A DNA stretch of 64,000 nucleotides from a virus. Below are positions 10,101-20,100 of the stretch, piece by piece; positions within the stretch are counted from its first letter, which is position 1, and every line of letters starts with the position of its first letter. A program made the translations under genes and the position numbers. Under the pieces are notes generated by a model. That model was not told where the DNA came from and did not search any database. It saw only the letters and a program-made list of their open reading frames with translations. The DNA lies in IMG/VR virus record IMGVR_UViG_3300010157_000059, positions 8,158-72,157 of that record; one strand, given 5' to 3'.

Positions 10101-10860
10101 TAAGAGTGGATCAAGTGGTTGGAATAATTACTGTGAAAGATTTACAGAAACTGCTTGGGGTAAACCTGGCCGTTACAAGAGTGCACTTGCTGGATGGGAA
10201 GCGGCTAAAAAAGAAGGACGTGCTTACCAAGGTAAAACTCCTCCTCCAGGAGCTATGGTGTACTGGGGTGGAGGAGAGTATGGCCACGCCGCAGTCTCTA
10301 TTGGCGGTGGAAAGATTGTGTCTACTGATATCAAGCGTAAGGGCAAAGCTGATATTGTAACTATTGACTACTTAACAAAGCAGTGGAGTAAACCATACCT
10401 TGGTTGGGCAGACCCAGATAAGGGTACAAAGCTAAATGCAAGCGCATCACCTATTGACCCTGGCAGCGTCAACACGGACACCTCGGTAATAAGCGCACAG
10501 CAACACGCAAATAATGGGGATAAACCTTGGTGGAAAGATCTTGCAAATAGCGTAGGTAATTTTTTTGGTAGCAATACCAATAATAATAATAGCGCTAGTA
10601 GCTCTAACAGCAGTTCTGGTAATGAGCTAGCCACACTTTTGAATGTTACTGGTACTGGATTTAGTGTTAACTCAGCTTCAACCTCTGCGATGTTAGGTAT
10701 GGGCAGTTCTCCAAGTATGAGCGGATCAGATGGCGGGATAACTATCAATATGAATGTTAATATTGCAAGTGCAAGTACTGGGGATGCTCAAAGACTGGCA
10801 CGTCAAGTTAAAGACATTCTTCAAAGAGAACTAAGAACAGATAGCATAAGGAATTACTAA
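7156..10860 (+). CDS. tape measure protein with lytic transglycosylase-like and CHAP/NlpC-P60-like domains
   Basis: 1234 aa, Ala/Gly-rich; AMAESGG...SYGLFQIN (SLT-like); NYCERF...PPPGAMVYWGGGEYGHAAV (Cys-His amidase/peptidase). Confidence 0.9.
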   Translation: MALNENLPKATSPNSMTAPTRPSQEIERVDKLYDSILMKVTKMETSLKKSAEYMQQMGGGKDSNVNIGSNSNVFSKVNDVTNATMEQLNKIVPPGEGPSGWDRFKAGVSSTAYYAAAMMPNTLDAVTQRISTQGVASMIGRDPNALIRQSNQLLKGGMTGPYSAQTSTAILASQGIIPTMGSYGNIMNQVGGLSVLTGMSNEQTASGMGGINGMNFLRMGINARNANGSLRDPASLSSDLYKRMFGAKNITAEQAAQVFNRNSRSYQDIAMAAGGDENLMATLQNTIYYQARNGGKKLDLNAENVKNNILKLPKDDPMRAMYHYQGSEANKLEATGTGLVGGYSGALNSTATVNDQFAKLARILPALTTAFGNLKGFLDTLPTAGNTGAAMYGGISQVAQKFLDGKSAQFTSKALDKLFGTNTSGQGQPGVSNQLAITSGPGQLAITAGPHQAANTPMGAATNVANQLADKGLHAMWGKLTGKEGQSSLMQDIKKSGGMKAWGKNLFSAVKDATVGYAKGGVKGAVTAAAKDLAPKLGRAVMSAGDAAFGYGDQTQTGGWSNQTSMQPIAGVAGPYEPSGPSQGSAIQYPEDYPGAYRGDPNDPSKVTWVPGSVQDPVTGKFVSNMEARNAWLASQGQKQGGDSGGGSNTLLAPGSMKNLLTKGRSFMKSPMGKMAGRVALGAATVMATNWAVPKLRAWGAKHGIKDHSLKDNIGTTAAYMGGYAAAGAMVAGPAGAVVGALAGLARGLWYSTHKPEKEEKPKKVKHDRWGQIYDPVTGNALLPINQTTGQFDSDEFDRTGYGQANPDLKRWQQGGYPTPSTSWLNEGKGSSESSLTNIIKKAGFGPRATDIAYAVAMAESGGKATAHNTNKKTGDNSYGLFQINMIGDMGPNRRKQFHLKSNDELLDPLTNAKAAYAISNKGTNWSPWSTYKTGAYKKHLHKSGANDSTDLSKLKANQNNETKSDLPRNAREAAQWAIQQVKSGSSGWNNYCERFTETAWGKPGRYKSALAGWEAAKKEGRAYQGKTPPPGAMVYWGGGEYGHAAVSIGGGKIVSTDIKRKGKADIVTIDYLTKQWSKPYLGWADPDKGTKLNASASPIDPGSVNTDTSVISAQQHANNGDKPWWKDLANSVGNFFGSNTNNNNSASSSNSSSGNELATLLNVTGTGFSVNSASTSAMLGMGSSPSMSGSDGGITINMNVNIASASTGDAQRLARQVKDILQRELRTDSIRNY

Positions 10861-12239
10861 TGGCAGACGATACTGTTATACCTGTTGATTTTCAACACAA
10901 TATCCAACCTACTGTTCCTACAACTCTGCAAGATGGTCAGTTTGGTCTTGTTCATAATGGTAAAACTTACTGGTACCAGGTTAGCGAAAACGGTAAAAAC
11001 GTAGAGTTTTACACTAATAGTTACCTATTTGGGCAAATGATTAGTCCAACTCCAGATAATGGCATGTTTAATATGCGTGTAGACAGAAGCAGCGGCTTTG
11101 TTGAATCGCAAGCAGACAACTGGTTTCCTAAAAACGGTACTTTTCCTGTAGGTACTATTGTAAAATTAGAAGAATTTGATGTAGAAACAAAAGCTGACGG
11201 CACATTATCTAAAGTAAATTATGATGGCACGCACGCTATCTATGCTCAAACTGTGAGCCGAGTTGAAGGTGTTGAGACTAATCCATTTACTGGGCAAACT
11301 TATGACAACAAACGCCCATCTGATTTTTTCTCTGTTGCTAACGCTTTAAGTTACTCTGCAAAATTTGGCACGTTTAACCCTCCTCCTCATAAATCTAGTA
11401 GAACTATTGCCCCAACTGCTTTTCCAAATCTTAAAGTAGGCCAAGGCGTAAGTGCTTCTACAATTGCAAACTTACAAAAAGTAAATAAAAGAGGGTTTTT
11501 TTATCAAGATGTAGATACTGCATTTGATAATGATGGGCATAAAAAACACCGAGGGCATCTTTGGGGGTTTCAATTTATGTACAACCCAACAACTATTAAT
11601 TACACAAATAGTGTTTCTACCGGTATTGATTGGACTAATACCCAAGATGTTGCTACAGCTCTTTCTGGAAGCCAGCAATTTAACTTTACTTTATTTTTAA
11701 ATAGGCTTATAGACGTGTCTATGTTGAAGGGCTACGACACAACTATGGTATCAAAACAAAGTCGTGGTTCAGCACTGAACAATCCTTTAAATTACCTAGC
11801 TACTGGAACAGATGGTTCTTATGAGAGGACCCTTACAGCGGCTGACGCAACAGGTATCTTAACGCGAGGAACTGAGTATGACCTTGAGTATTTTTACCGA
11901 GTTATGAATGGTGACCCTTCTTTAGGACCTACTATGACTGCGCCAACTTCAGATTTTGGTTTTATGTCTGGCGTACCTGTTTGGCTTAAATTTAATGATA
12001 ATGTTAGATATAAAGTAACTATCCAATCTATTTCAGTAAACCATGTAATGTTTACTGAAGATATGGTCCCAGTTGTCACGGAAGTAACTCTGTCAATGAT
12101 TCGTATTCCTACGCCAAAGCTCGGCCCTACTTCGGATATACAAACTTGGTACGATCAACAATTTGGTATTAAGAAAGACGCTACTTGGCCTGGCATGCCT
12201 TACACTACAGGTACAGATTCTACAGATAGCGGAAACTAA
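10860..12239 (+). CDS. baseplate/tail tube initiator protein
   Basis: FQFMYNPTTINY ... SISVNHVMFTEDMVP pattern; follows the tape measure gene. Confidence 0.7.
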   Translation: MADDTVIPVDFQHNIQPTVPTTLQDGQFGLVHNGKTYWYQVSENGKNVEFYTNSYLFGQMISPTPDNGMFNMRVDRSSGFVESQADNWFPKNGTFPVGTIVKLEEFDVETKADGTLSKVNYDGTHAIYAQTVSRVEGVETNPFTGQTYDNKRPSDFFSVANALSYSAKFGTFNPPPHKSSRTIAPTAFPNLKVGQGVSASTIANLQKVNKRGFFYQDVDTAFDNDGHKKHRGHLWGFQFMYNPTTINYTNSVSTGIDWTNTQDVATALSGSQQFNFTLFLNRLIDVSMLKGYDTTMVSKQSRGSALNNPLNYLATGTDGSYERTLTAADATGILTRGTEYDLEYFYRVMNGDPSLGPTMTAPTSDFGFMSGVPVWLKFNDNVRYKVTIQSISVNHVMFTEDMVPVVTEVTLSMIRIPTPKLGPTSDIQTWYDQQFGIKKDATWPGMPYTTGTDSTDSGN

Positions 12240-12517
12240 TGATAGATAACACAGGTCGCTATTCCGGCGGAATAATTGGAAACGTTTACGATAAGAGATC
12301 CCCCTCTGCAAGTACGTATGTTTATAGAGATTTTAAAGTTCCTTTTAATAACTCTTATGCTGAACACATCTTTAGAGAAGGTGACAGATTAGATGTTATT
12401 GCAGCTAAGATATACGGTGACTCAAAACTATGGGCAAAAATAATGGACATTAATCCTGAAATTGCTGACCCTTTTTATATTAAACCAGGAACCGTTGTAA
12501 GGATCCCAGTTGACTAG
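12239..12517 (+). CDS. LysM-like baseplate protein (gp53/tail X-like)
   Basis: EGDRLDVIAAKIYGDSKLWAKIMDINP...PGTVVRIP. Confidence 0.85.
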   Translation: MIDNTGRYSGGIIGNVYDKRSPSASTYVYRDFKVPFNNSYAEHIFREGDRLDVIAAKIYGDSKLWAKIMDINPEIADPFYIKPGTVVRIPVD

Positions 12518-13328
12518 TGCAAAAGATAGAAAAGTTTTTTGGAGGATTAACTTTCCTAAATCCCCAAGTTTTAATATGTTTCTTCACTATGCTGAGGTAC
12601 ACCAGACACAAGCCCAGCATGATGTTTTAGTACTCTCTTTTAAAGGTTCGATACAAAATCACAGTACTAACAAAATTAAGGGTGGAGACCCAGTTAAATT
12701 TAACTGGTCTACGGGCCAAAACTTAGAACAAGAGTTTGTAGGTTTTGTGCACACTGTAGAAAAAAACGTAACCCCAAATAACACTTTTACAAAAGTTATC
12801 TGTGTAAATAACTCAGAACTATTAAAAGAATCCAGCAAACAAGTTCATCGTCCCCAAACTGCTGACAAGATCGTGTACAACCTTGCTCATAAGAGCGGGT
12901 TTTATCCAGACGTAGTAAAGCATTCTCTGATTAATGAGAGTATTGCACAAGCAGGCCAATCGCATTGGCAGGTAATGCGTCAACTATCTTCTAAGACGGG
13001 GTATGCTTTGCGGGCTTCAAATACTACGGTAATTTTTAAACCAAAAGAACACATTATTAAAGAAAAATACCGATATGCCCCAGTATTTAGGCACTATGTC
13101 ATGGGGCCTAGAGGCATAATTGGTCAGCAAACTCTTTTAAGTTTTACTGCTCAAGACTCTACTAGAACCCCAGAGCATGGTTCTCAGGGAGACTTACCTT
13201 TAGTACTACATAACAGTGATGGTAAAGAATACCGTTTTAAGCCTAATTGGAAAACCCAAAATGTATCAAGTCATAGCGTGTTTACTTACGCACCTATGGG
13301 TTGGAATGACGTTTATGAAGGACACTGA
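12510..13328 (+). CDS. baseplate hub protein, N-terminal part (gp27/GpD-like)
   Basis: Q-AGQSHWQVMRQLSSKTGY motif of late-control-D/hub proteins; synteny. Confidence 0.65.
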   Translation: MTSAKDRKVFWRINFPKSPSFNMFLHYAEVHQTQAQHDVLVLSFKGSIQNHSTNKIKGGDPVKFNWSTGQNLEQEFVGFVHTVEKNVTPNNTFTKVICVNNSELLKESSKQVHRPQTADKIVYNLAHKSGFYPDVVKHSLINESIAQAGQSHWQVMRQLSSKTGYALRASNTTVIFKPKEHIIKEKYRYAPVFRHYVMGPRGIIGQQTLLSFTAQDSTRTPEHGSQGDLPLVLHNSDGKEYRFKPNWKTQNVSSHSVFTYAPMGWNDVYEGH

Positions 13329-13900
13329 TGTTAGAGCAACATGATCTTCACATTACGCATGAAGTTGTTAATGACCCTAGAAAAGCTGAAAGCATAGCAA
13401 AAGCTAAAGCTAGTCAATCTAGATACAGGTACTTGGCAAACGCCTTACTATTGGGGTACCCCAAATTAGAGCCCTATGACCCTATTTACCTAAAAGGTTT
13501 GCCTGATGGTATGGAAGGTATCTGGGTTGTTATCTCAGTTGTTCACACAATTAACAAAGGCATGCCGTACACAATGTCTGTTCATATTGGCTCTAATGAC
13601 GAGTTATTGGCTCTTAAACCAGACTCTTTTGGAGATATCCTAGATACCCGCCACCATATTAGGGCAGTAATTAATAGTGACCCGTTTAAAAAAACTGGGA
13701 ACCACGTATTAAAGTCTAATGAGTTTACAATTACCCCTCTTTCAAAAGACCAGTCAACGCATGTTTCTAGTAGTCAAACTGCATTGTACAAAGTAGCAAA
13801 TAAGACTGACACTGGAGAACAGGCAATTGTTCCTAACCCAACTACTTACATCCCAGATATTGCTAGTAAAAAAGCACATATTCAATGGGTAAGGCAGTAA
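13328..13900 (+). CDS. baseplate hub protein, C-terminal part
   Basis: G-P-L-P...I-L-GL...GIWVVISVVHTI typical of hub C-termini. Confidence 0.6.
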   Translation: MLEQHDLHITHEVVNDPRKAESIAKAKASQSRYRYLANALLLGYPKLEPYDPIYLKGLPDGMEGIWVVISVVHTINKGMPYTMSVHIGSNDELLALKPDSFGDILDTRHHIRAVINSDPFKKTGNHVLKSNEFTITPLSKDQSTHVSSSQTALYKVANKTDTGEQAIVPNPTTYIPDIASKKAHIQWVRQ

Positions 13901-13901
13901 A

Positions 13902-14198
13902 ATGGCATATTCAGATTACACAAAATATTCACTAGATCCTACGGATAAGCCAAGGTTTTTTGGAATCTACAGAGGTATTGTTAAAAACAATAACGACCCT
14001 TTAAACTCTAATAGGTTACAAGTTTCTGTCCCCCAGATCACAGGTACAGAGTCATTGGATTGGGCAGAACCATGCTTACCACCATTTTCTGGGACAATTT
14101 CTATTCCATTAGTTGGGGATAGAGTATGGGTTAGTTTTGAATCTGGTGATACTAGTTATCCCGTATGGGTGGGAATTCATACTGTAACTGCAGTATAG
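13902..14198 (+). CDS. baseplate spike OB-fold protein (gp5/GpV-like)
   Basis: GIYRGIVKNNNDP...RLQVSVP...P-VGDRVWVSFESGD..YPVWVG. Confidence 0.85.
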   Translation: MAYSDYTKYSLDPTDKPRFFGIYRGIVKNNNDPLNSNRLQVSVPQITGTESLDWAEPCLPPFSGTISIPLVGDRVWVSFESGDTSYPVWVGIHTVTAV

Positions 14199-14273
14199 AT
14201 TAAGGATTACATACATTATGGGTTCAGGTACACTTAGAAAAGCATACTTTGTCAAAAAATTGGGAGTTCAATT

Positions 14274-14672
14274 GTGAAAGCTATTCGTTTTCCCTTTGAG
14301 ATAGATAAATCTGGGAAGATTGTTTCTACTACTAATTCTATTAAAATTTACCAGGATAGAGTATTAACTCTTCTTTCTACGGTCGTATACCAACGCCCAA
14401 TGATGCCAGAATATGGAGTAGACATTGCCAGAAGTCTCTACGAGACAATGGACAATGTGTATGGGTCAATTGGTGAGGCTATAACAAGGGCAATAGGCTA
14501 TTCGCTTCCTTACATTAAACTTCAAGATGTATTAATTGACTTAAATTCACCAATAGAAACTGGAACAAACGTTACCGTGTTAATAGCCCTTCCGGACGGA
14601 TCTGCTAGTGAGGTTAACGTTGCTTCCTCTACCTTCTTACCTAATGGCGAAAAATATGGGAGAACATTATGA
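14274..14672 (+). CDS. baseplate wedge gp25-like (sheath initiator)
   Basis: IRFPF...LLST...RPMMPEYG motif. Confidence 0.85.
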   Translation: MKAIRFPFEIDKSGKIVSTTNSIKIYQDRVLTLLSTVVYQRPMMPEYGVDIARSLYETMDNVYGSIGEAITRAIGYSLPYIKLQDVLIDLNSPIETGTNVTVLIALPDGSASEVNVASSTFLPNGEKYGRTL

Positions 14673-16477
14673 AAATTCCACAAATTGATTACACTTCAAG
14701 AGACTATTTAACTATTAGAGATGATCTTATAAAAGTTGTTAAAAACAGAATTCCTGAATGGCAAGCAAATGAGGAATCTGACTTTACCCTTGCTTTAGTG
14801 GAAGCTTTTGCTTATCTAGGCGATAACTTGTCTTATTACCTAGATCGTGCTGCAAATGAAGGTACTGTGCAATCTGCAACACAATTACAGAATATTCTTA
14901 ACTTTGCTGAAGTTTCGGGATACCACGTATCTGGACGATCACCTTCGTACATTTCACTAACTTTTACAAATACTAGCGGCTCTACACTGAATCTTCCGAT
15001 TGGAACTCAGGTTCGGGGGTATGTTGATACAGACACTTTTACGGAAATTTATTTTGAAACTTCCGCCCCAATTACGTCTCTGGCCAATGGCGCAAGCTCA
15101 ACTGTTACTGCATTTGAAGGCTACGTCTCAAATACCTTATCAAGTAGCGGCCTAGACACTAACAACCTCCCACTTCCTGTTACTTTAGGAACTGCAAGTG
15201 GATACGCATATGCTGAGTTTATACTTCCTGAAGTTGGAATTATTGATCTTTCTGTATCTGTTTACACAGGGCAAAGCACCTCATTTACTAAATGGCAATA
15301 CGTATTAAATCTTTCCGAATACGGCCCATTAGATAGAGTCTTTACAACTCGTGTAAATGCGGATAACACTGTGTCAGTTTTATTTGGCGATGGCGTTAAT
15401 GGAAAAATTCCTGAAGTAGGTACCCCTGTAAGCGCACTGTACCGAGTAAGTGTCGGTATTTCTGGGAACTTAGCCCTGAATAGCCCGTCTTTGATTAATG
15501 CGGATGGAACCAGCGCCCTGTCCCTTACTTACGTTCCAGGACTATCGCTATCTGGGGTAGGGGCGTTAGCTACAGTAATGCCAGTAAGTGCTTCAATTGG
15601 TGGCACAAATGGTGATATGCAAGAGCCTTATTACTCTATTCGTGGAAATATTCGCAAAGCTTTAAAGACTAAAAATCGCGCAGTTACCTTAAAAGATTAC
15701 GAAGATTTAGCAGTTCTTGTACCTCGTGTTGGTAGGGCATCAGCAACTGCAAGCGTGTACACACAAGTTAATCTTTTTGTACAGCCACTTAATGATGGAT
15801 CATCTACCCCCGGAGTTAAAAACGGAATTGAAGACACAACAGTATTTAGTCCAATTAGGAATGCTTTAACAAGTTTTGTGGGTACACGATGCCCAGTAAA
15901 CACCAAAATAAACATTAATCCCCCAACGTATGTCCCAATTTATTTACACATGACTGTGTATATCAGGGACGGTTTTTCTCAGTCTGATGTACAGCTAGCT
16001 GTAGGCAGCCTTATGTTAGACAAAGACACAGGGCTATTTTCTTATAATGGCTACGCTTTTGGTGAGGATGTAGTTCTTTCCGCAATCACCTATGAAGTTA
16101 TGCGCCACCCAGCTGTAACTAACGTAATTATTAATGGGCTAGGTAAAATTTCTACGGGGTATGGGACTACCACAGTAAATGGAACAGGTGCCTCAAATTA
16201 TACGCTTACCCTTAATAATATTGTAACAAGTACTTCTCCAGTAGCTGTTGGGCAATATATTTATGGAACAGGTATTCAAGCGGGAGCAAAAGTTGCTACA
16301 GTCACGCCATCAACTAACACCACTTCGGTAACCGTAGATAAACTTCATACCGGTGCTGTATCGGGCACTGTGACGTTTTTTACTGGTGCGCCTGCAGATA
16401 TCCCAATAGCGGTTTCAGAAATCCCTAGCTTGACAAATACGTATACAACAATCGTGCTTTCAGGCGGTATTTCCTAA
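14669..16477 (+). CDS. baseplate wedge protein (J-like/gp6-like)
   Basis: IDYTSRDY, LFGDGVNGKIP, RAVTLKDYE. Confidence 0.9.
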   Translation: MKIPQIDYTSRDYLTIRDDLIKVVKNRIPEWQANEESDFTLALVEAFAYLGDNLSYYLDRAANEGTVQSATQLQNILNFAEVSGYHVSGRSPSYISLTFTNTSGSTLNLPIGTQVRGYVDTDTFTEIYFETSAPITSLANGASSTVTAFEGYVSNTLSSSGLDTNNLPLPVTLGTASGYAYAEFILPEVGIIDLSVSVYTGQSTSFTKWQYVLNLSEYGPLDRVFTTRVNADNTVSVLFGDGVNGKIPEVGTPVSALYRVSVGISGNLALNSPSLINADGTSALSLTYVPGLSLSGVGALATVMPVSASIGGTNGDMQEPYYSIRGNIRKALKTKNRAVTLKDYEDLAVLVPRVGRASATASVYTQVNLFVQPLNDGSSTPGVKNGIEDTTVFSPIRNALTSFVGTRCPVNTKININPPTYVPIYLHMTVYIRDGFSQSDVQLAVGSLMLDKDTGLFSYNGYAFGEDVVLSAITYEVMRHPAVTNVIINGLGKISTGYGTTTVNGTGASNYTLTLNNIVTSTSPVAVGQYIYGTGIQAGAKVATVTPSTNTTSVTVDKLHTGAVSGTVTFFTGAPADIPIAVSEIPSLTNTYTTIVLSGGIS

Positions 16478-16541
16478 GTTTAAAAAGACTTATTTACAAA
16501 AATAAGTAATTATAGAAAAGATAAGTTTTTAAGGAGACTTT

Positions 16542-16817
16542 ATGACCACATTTCCCGGAGCAATAGTATCGTTTGGGCAAAATCACGTAGATTATTCTGA
16601 CACAATTTATGCCGCACACGTTAATAACTTGCAAGATGAAGTGGTAGCTATTGAAACAAAACTAGGCACAGCCCTAGTTACCTCCACTTGGTCGGGTACT
16701 CCTAGTGAAGTTACTACTACTTGGACAAATGTTGCAGAACGTATTAATAATATTGAAATTGGATTAAAAGCGTACGGGGGCTTTGCTCCTCATCCGTTTT
16801 TGCTGTCAGGAATGTAG
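16542..16817 (+). CDS. small virion protein
   Basis: AAHVNNLQDEVVAIE motif, C-terminal HPFLL; GGAG RBS. Confidence 0.6.
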   Translation: MTTFPGAIVSFGQNHVDYSDTIYAAHVNNLQDEVVAIETKLGTALVTSTWSGTPSEVTTTWTNVAERINNIEIGLKAYGGFAPHPFLLSGM

Positions 16818-16822
16818 GAAAA

Positions 16823-17134
16823 ATGGACATATCTTTACTCGCTAGTATTGTTGAAGTAGTTTCAGTAACTGTCGCTTTAATAGCGGCAATATGGGGCATC
16901 TGGCGAAGACTTGATCAAAGAAACACAGAATCTCGACTAGAAGTAGCAATTATTCAAGAAAGACTTGAATTTATTCAAACTCAATTTGGACCAAATGGCG
17001 GTGGTTTACGCCAAGCAGTAAACGAGATGTCTAGCAAGGTCGATAATATTGAAGAAAAAGTGTACAATATTAGTCAGGACGTATCAAAGTTGTCTGGTGA
17101 ATTTCACCAGCACATTGTTGAAACCAATAAATAA
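16823..17134 (+). CDS. membrane protein, holin-like (N-terminal TM + coiled coil, PNGG motif)
   Basis: One hydrophobic helix followed by FGPNGGGLRQAV coiled coil. Confidence 0.55.
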   Translation: MDISLLASIVEVVSVTVALIAAIWGIWRRLDQRNTESRLEVAIIQERLEFIQTQFGPNGGGLRQAVNEMSSKVDNIEEKVYNISQDVSKLSGEFHQHIVETNK

Positions 17135-17153
17135 TCACTAGAAGGTATAACAC

Positions 17154-20100
17154 ATGAGCCTATATGGCAGCAGTATCTATGGAATATCTACCTATGGTGA
17201 CTCAAAGTCTATTCCGTACAATATTGGGTTTACCGCAAACACTATTGATTACAGAACTGTAATTCTTTCGTGGAAAACTACTGCTGTAAATGATGCAGAT
17301 ATAGTTTATGCCTGGAAAATTATTAAAACAGCTGGCGGAGCCCCAGATTACCCTAATCAAGGACAGCTAGTAACACAATTTGTTGATACAACTCCTTATG
17401 CAGGTAAGTCCATTACCTACTACTCACCTTACAAAGATGTAGATGCCGTATTTCTTTCAAGCTCAATTATTACATATTCTTTTTGGGGACTAATTGGCGT
17501 TAACTCTACGGTAGCTACCTGGCAACTTTTAGGGGCTTCTGATGCTGTCATTGTGGATGCTTTTACAGACGATACAACTCTAAGAATTTTAAAACTTCTT
17601 CCAGGAGCCTGGACTAGCAATGCTTCAGAAGCTTTGGGAGAGCCAGATACAGACACCCAGCTTTACAACTTTGTGGGCGCATTTGCTTTTTACTACGACA
17701 AGCTTCGGGCTCAAGCAGGAGCTATTAACAATCTTTCTGATTATAGAAAATACCCTAAAGAATTGCTACCTTCTGCAGTCGTATCTCTAGGGTTTACCTA
17801 TGAGCCTAAACTTGGAGATAGCTTTCATAGGTCTTTGTACAAAAATGGCCATCTTATTAATTCCCTTAAAGGAACTTACCTTGGTATTAATAACTACATT
17901 AAATCGTTGACACATTTTAAATCAATGATTTCTGTAGGTAGAAATATGATGCTTGATTACTTACAGTCTTCTTTTGAAGGAGATGTAGGTACTTGGAAAG
18001 CTGACTCTATTAGCACGTTTGTTGCCGGAAGTCGTGCACAAACGTCTTTATCTAAACCTACGTTAAGTCTTGCAGGGACGTACCTAACAGATGGTTATGG
18101 TGTACTCACTAGAACTTCAGCAGCTACAGGTAACCCAACTATACTTTCCTATGGATCTTTAGCAGTAACCGACGTAACTACTAAAGGACTATTAGTTACC
18201 CCTGGCACACCATATTCATTTTCAGGATGGGCTTTATCACAGTCCAATAGCTCTATTACAGTTCAAGCTCAAATTCAATGGTTTGACTCAACAGGAAACT
18301 TATTAAGCACCTCGTCAGGAACTGCAGTTACCCTATCCACGTCTTCTTGGACAAAATTTGAATCTTCTAATACTTATTCTGCAGTCTTTGCACCAACAAA
18401 GGCTATGTATGCGGGGGTTAAAATTGTTACTTCCGCGATGGTTATAACTAACTCTATCTACTTTGATAATTTTATGTTTTCTCCATATCCAGGTCTTATT
18501 GGTAATAGAGAGTTTGGTTCAGGTGACGCAATTTATGAAGACGCAAAAAATATCAATATAAATTTAGAAGGCTATCGTACAAATCTTGTTAGTAACCCTG
18601 GATTTGAAGATGGGGTTGGTTTTTGGAATTCCATAAATGGTACTCTTCTATCTGACGATTCTCCAATAACAACCATTATGGCTGGAAGCACTAACGTAGG
18701 TAAGTTTATTTCTACCGCAGCGGATTCAAGCGCAGTTTATACCAACTGGATTAGAAATCTTAAACCTGGTACACAGTACACTTTTAGCGTATACGTCTTA
18801 GCCCCTTACAATAACTATAGAGCAACAGTAGGTATAGAATTTGATATGCCTCAAAGCATAGAAGATCAAACTAAAGTTATTACGTCAACAACAACTGGCT
18901 ATGAGGGTAAATACGTAGCGGCTGACCCTTCTTCTTGGAAAACAAGTTCTTTACCAACTAGTTTGACTAATAACTCTTGGACACGAATATCAGTTACCGC
19001 TACTGCACCTGAATTTACAAAAATGAACGGCTTTAGCTCAGCAATGCTTTCTGTTGAATTTAACGCTACTGCAGCAGATCAAATTTGGTATTTAGATTGC
19101 GCGTTATTTGAAGAAAGCCCCACAATAAACACTTATTTCCAGGGTAACGGAGGAGCTATTCCATCTTCCGTTGTTCCTCCTGGGGGAGCTATTGCCCCTA
19201 TCATTACTGATGATCTTATCCCTGTAGGAGACACTGCTTGGGAAACTAAGGCACGTACTAATCTTATTGACAACCCTAGTTTTGAGGGCAACGTAACCAC
19301 AGGGTGGACAGCTAAGGCTAACACAACAACATCATTTACTGTAGGTACGGCTAATCCTTCAGCTAAGTTTGGTACAAAAAGAGCAGAAATTGCTTACACC
19401 GGCACTACCATGCATAACTATGGTAGTCCTGAAGTATCTACAACTTTTAACTACCCTTCAAAGGCTTCTACAGGAGGAGTACCTCCTTTTCCTACGGGCG
19501 GGGAATTAATAACAGCTTCAGCTTATATAGCACATGACTCTATTTATACAATGACTGTTACGGTTACTTTTACAGATAACACTGCGTCTAGGACCAGTAG
19601 CCAAGTATTTAAAATACCTCCAGCAAGCACCACTACATCAACTGTTTCAAAATGGTACAGGGTAAACGTAACTGGAATAGTAGACAAGCCTTTATACGCT
19701 GGCCCTGCAGGAACACTGACTATTAACTTTAACTTCCCTTACGAATCAAATGGGAAAATTTACATTGACGGTGCTCAAGCTGAGTTTGGTAGCTACCCAA
19801 CTACTTTTGTAAATATTCAGCCAGACGCCGCAGCTTTATCAGGAACTACCCAATACGCGACAAATTCAATTATGACTGGCGTAGGTAGAAGTTACTACTG
19901 GCCAAATATTGATTTAAAGTACTCTCGGTTAATAAATACTATTTCTGCGTATCTACCTATTGGTAGCACATACAAAGTTAATAAAGGCGTTTCTGCTACC
20001 CCTAAAGATGAAAATATCTCCTCAATTGCTCCGTCATATTCATTTGAGAATAATCTTTATGGTTGGTCGGCATTAGAAAATAACACCATAATTAGGTACG

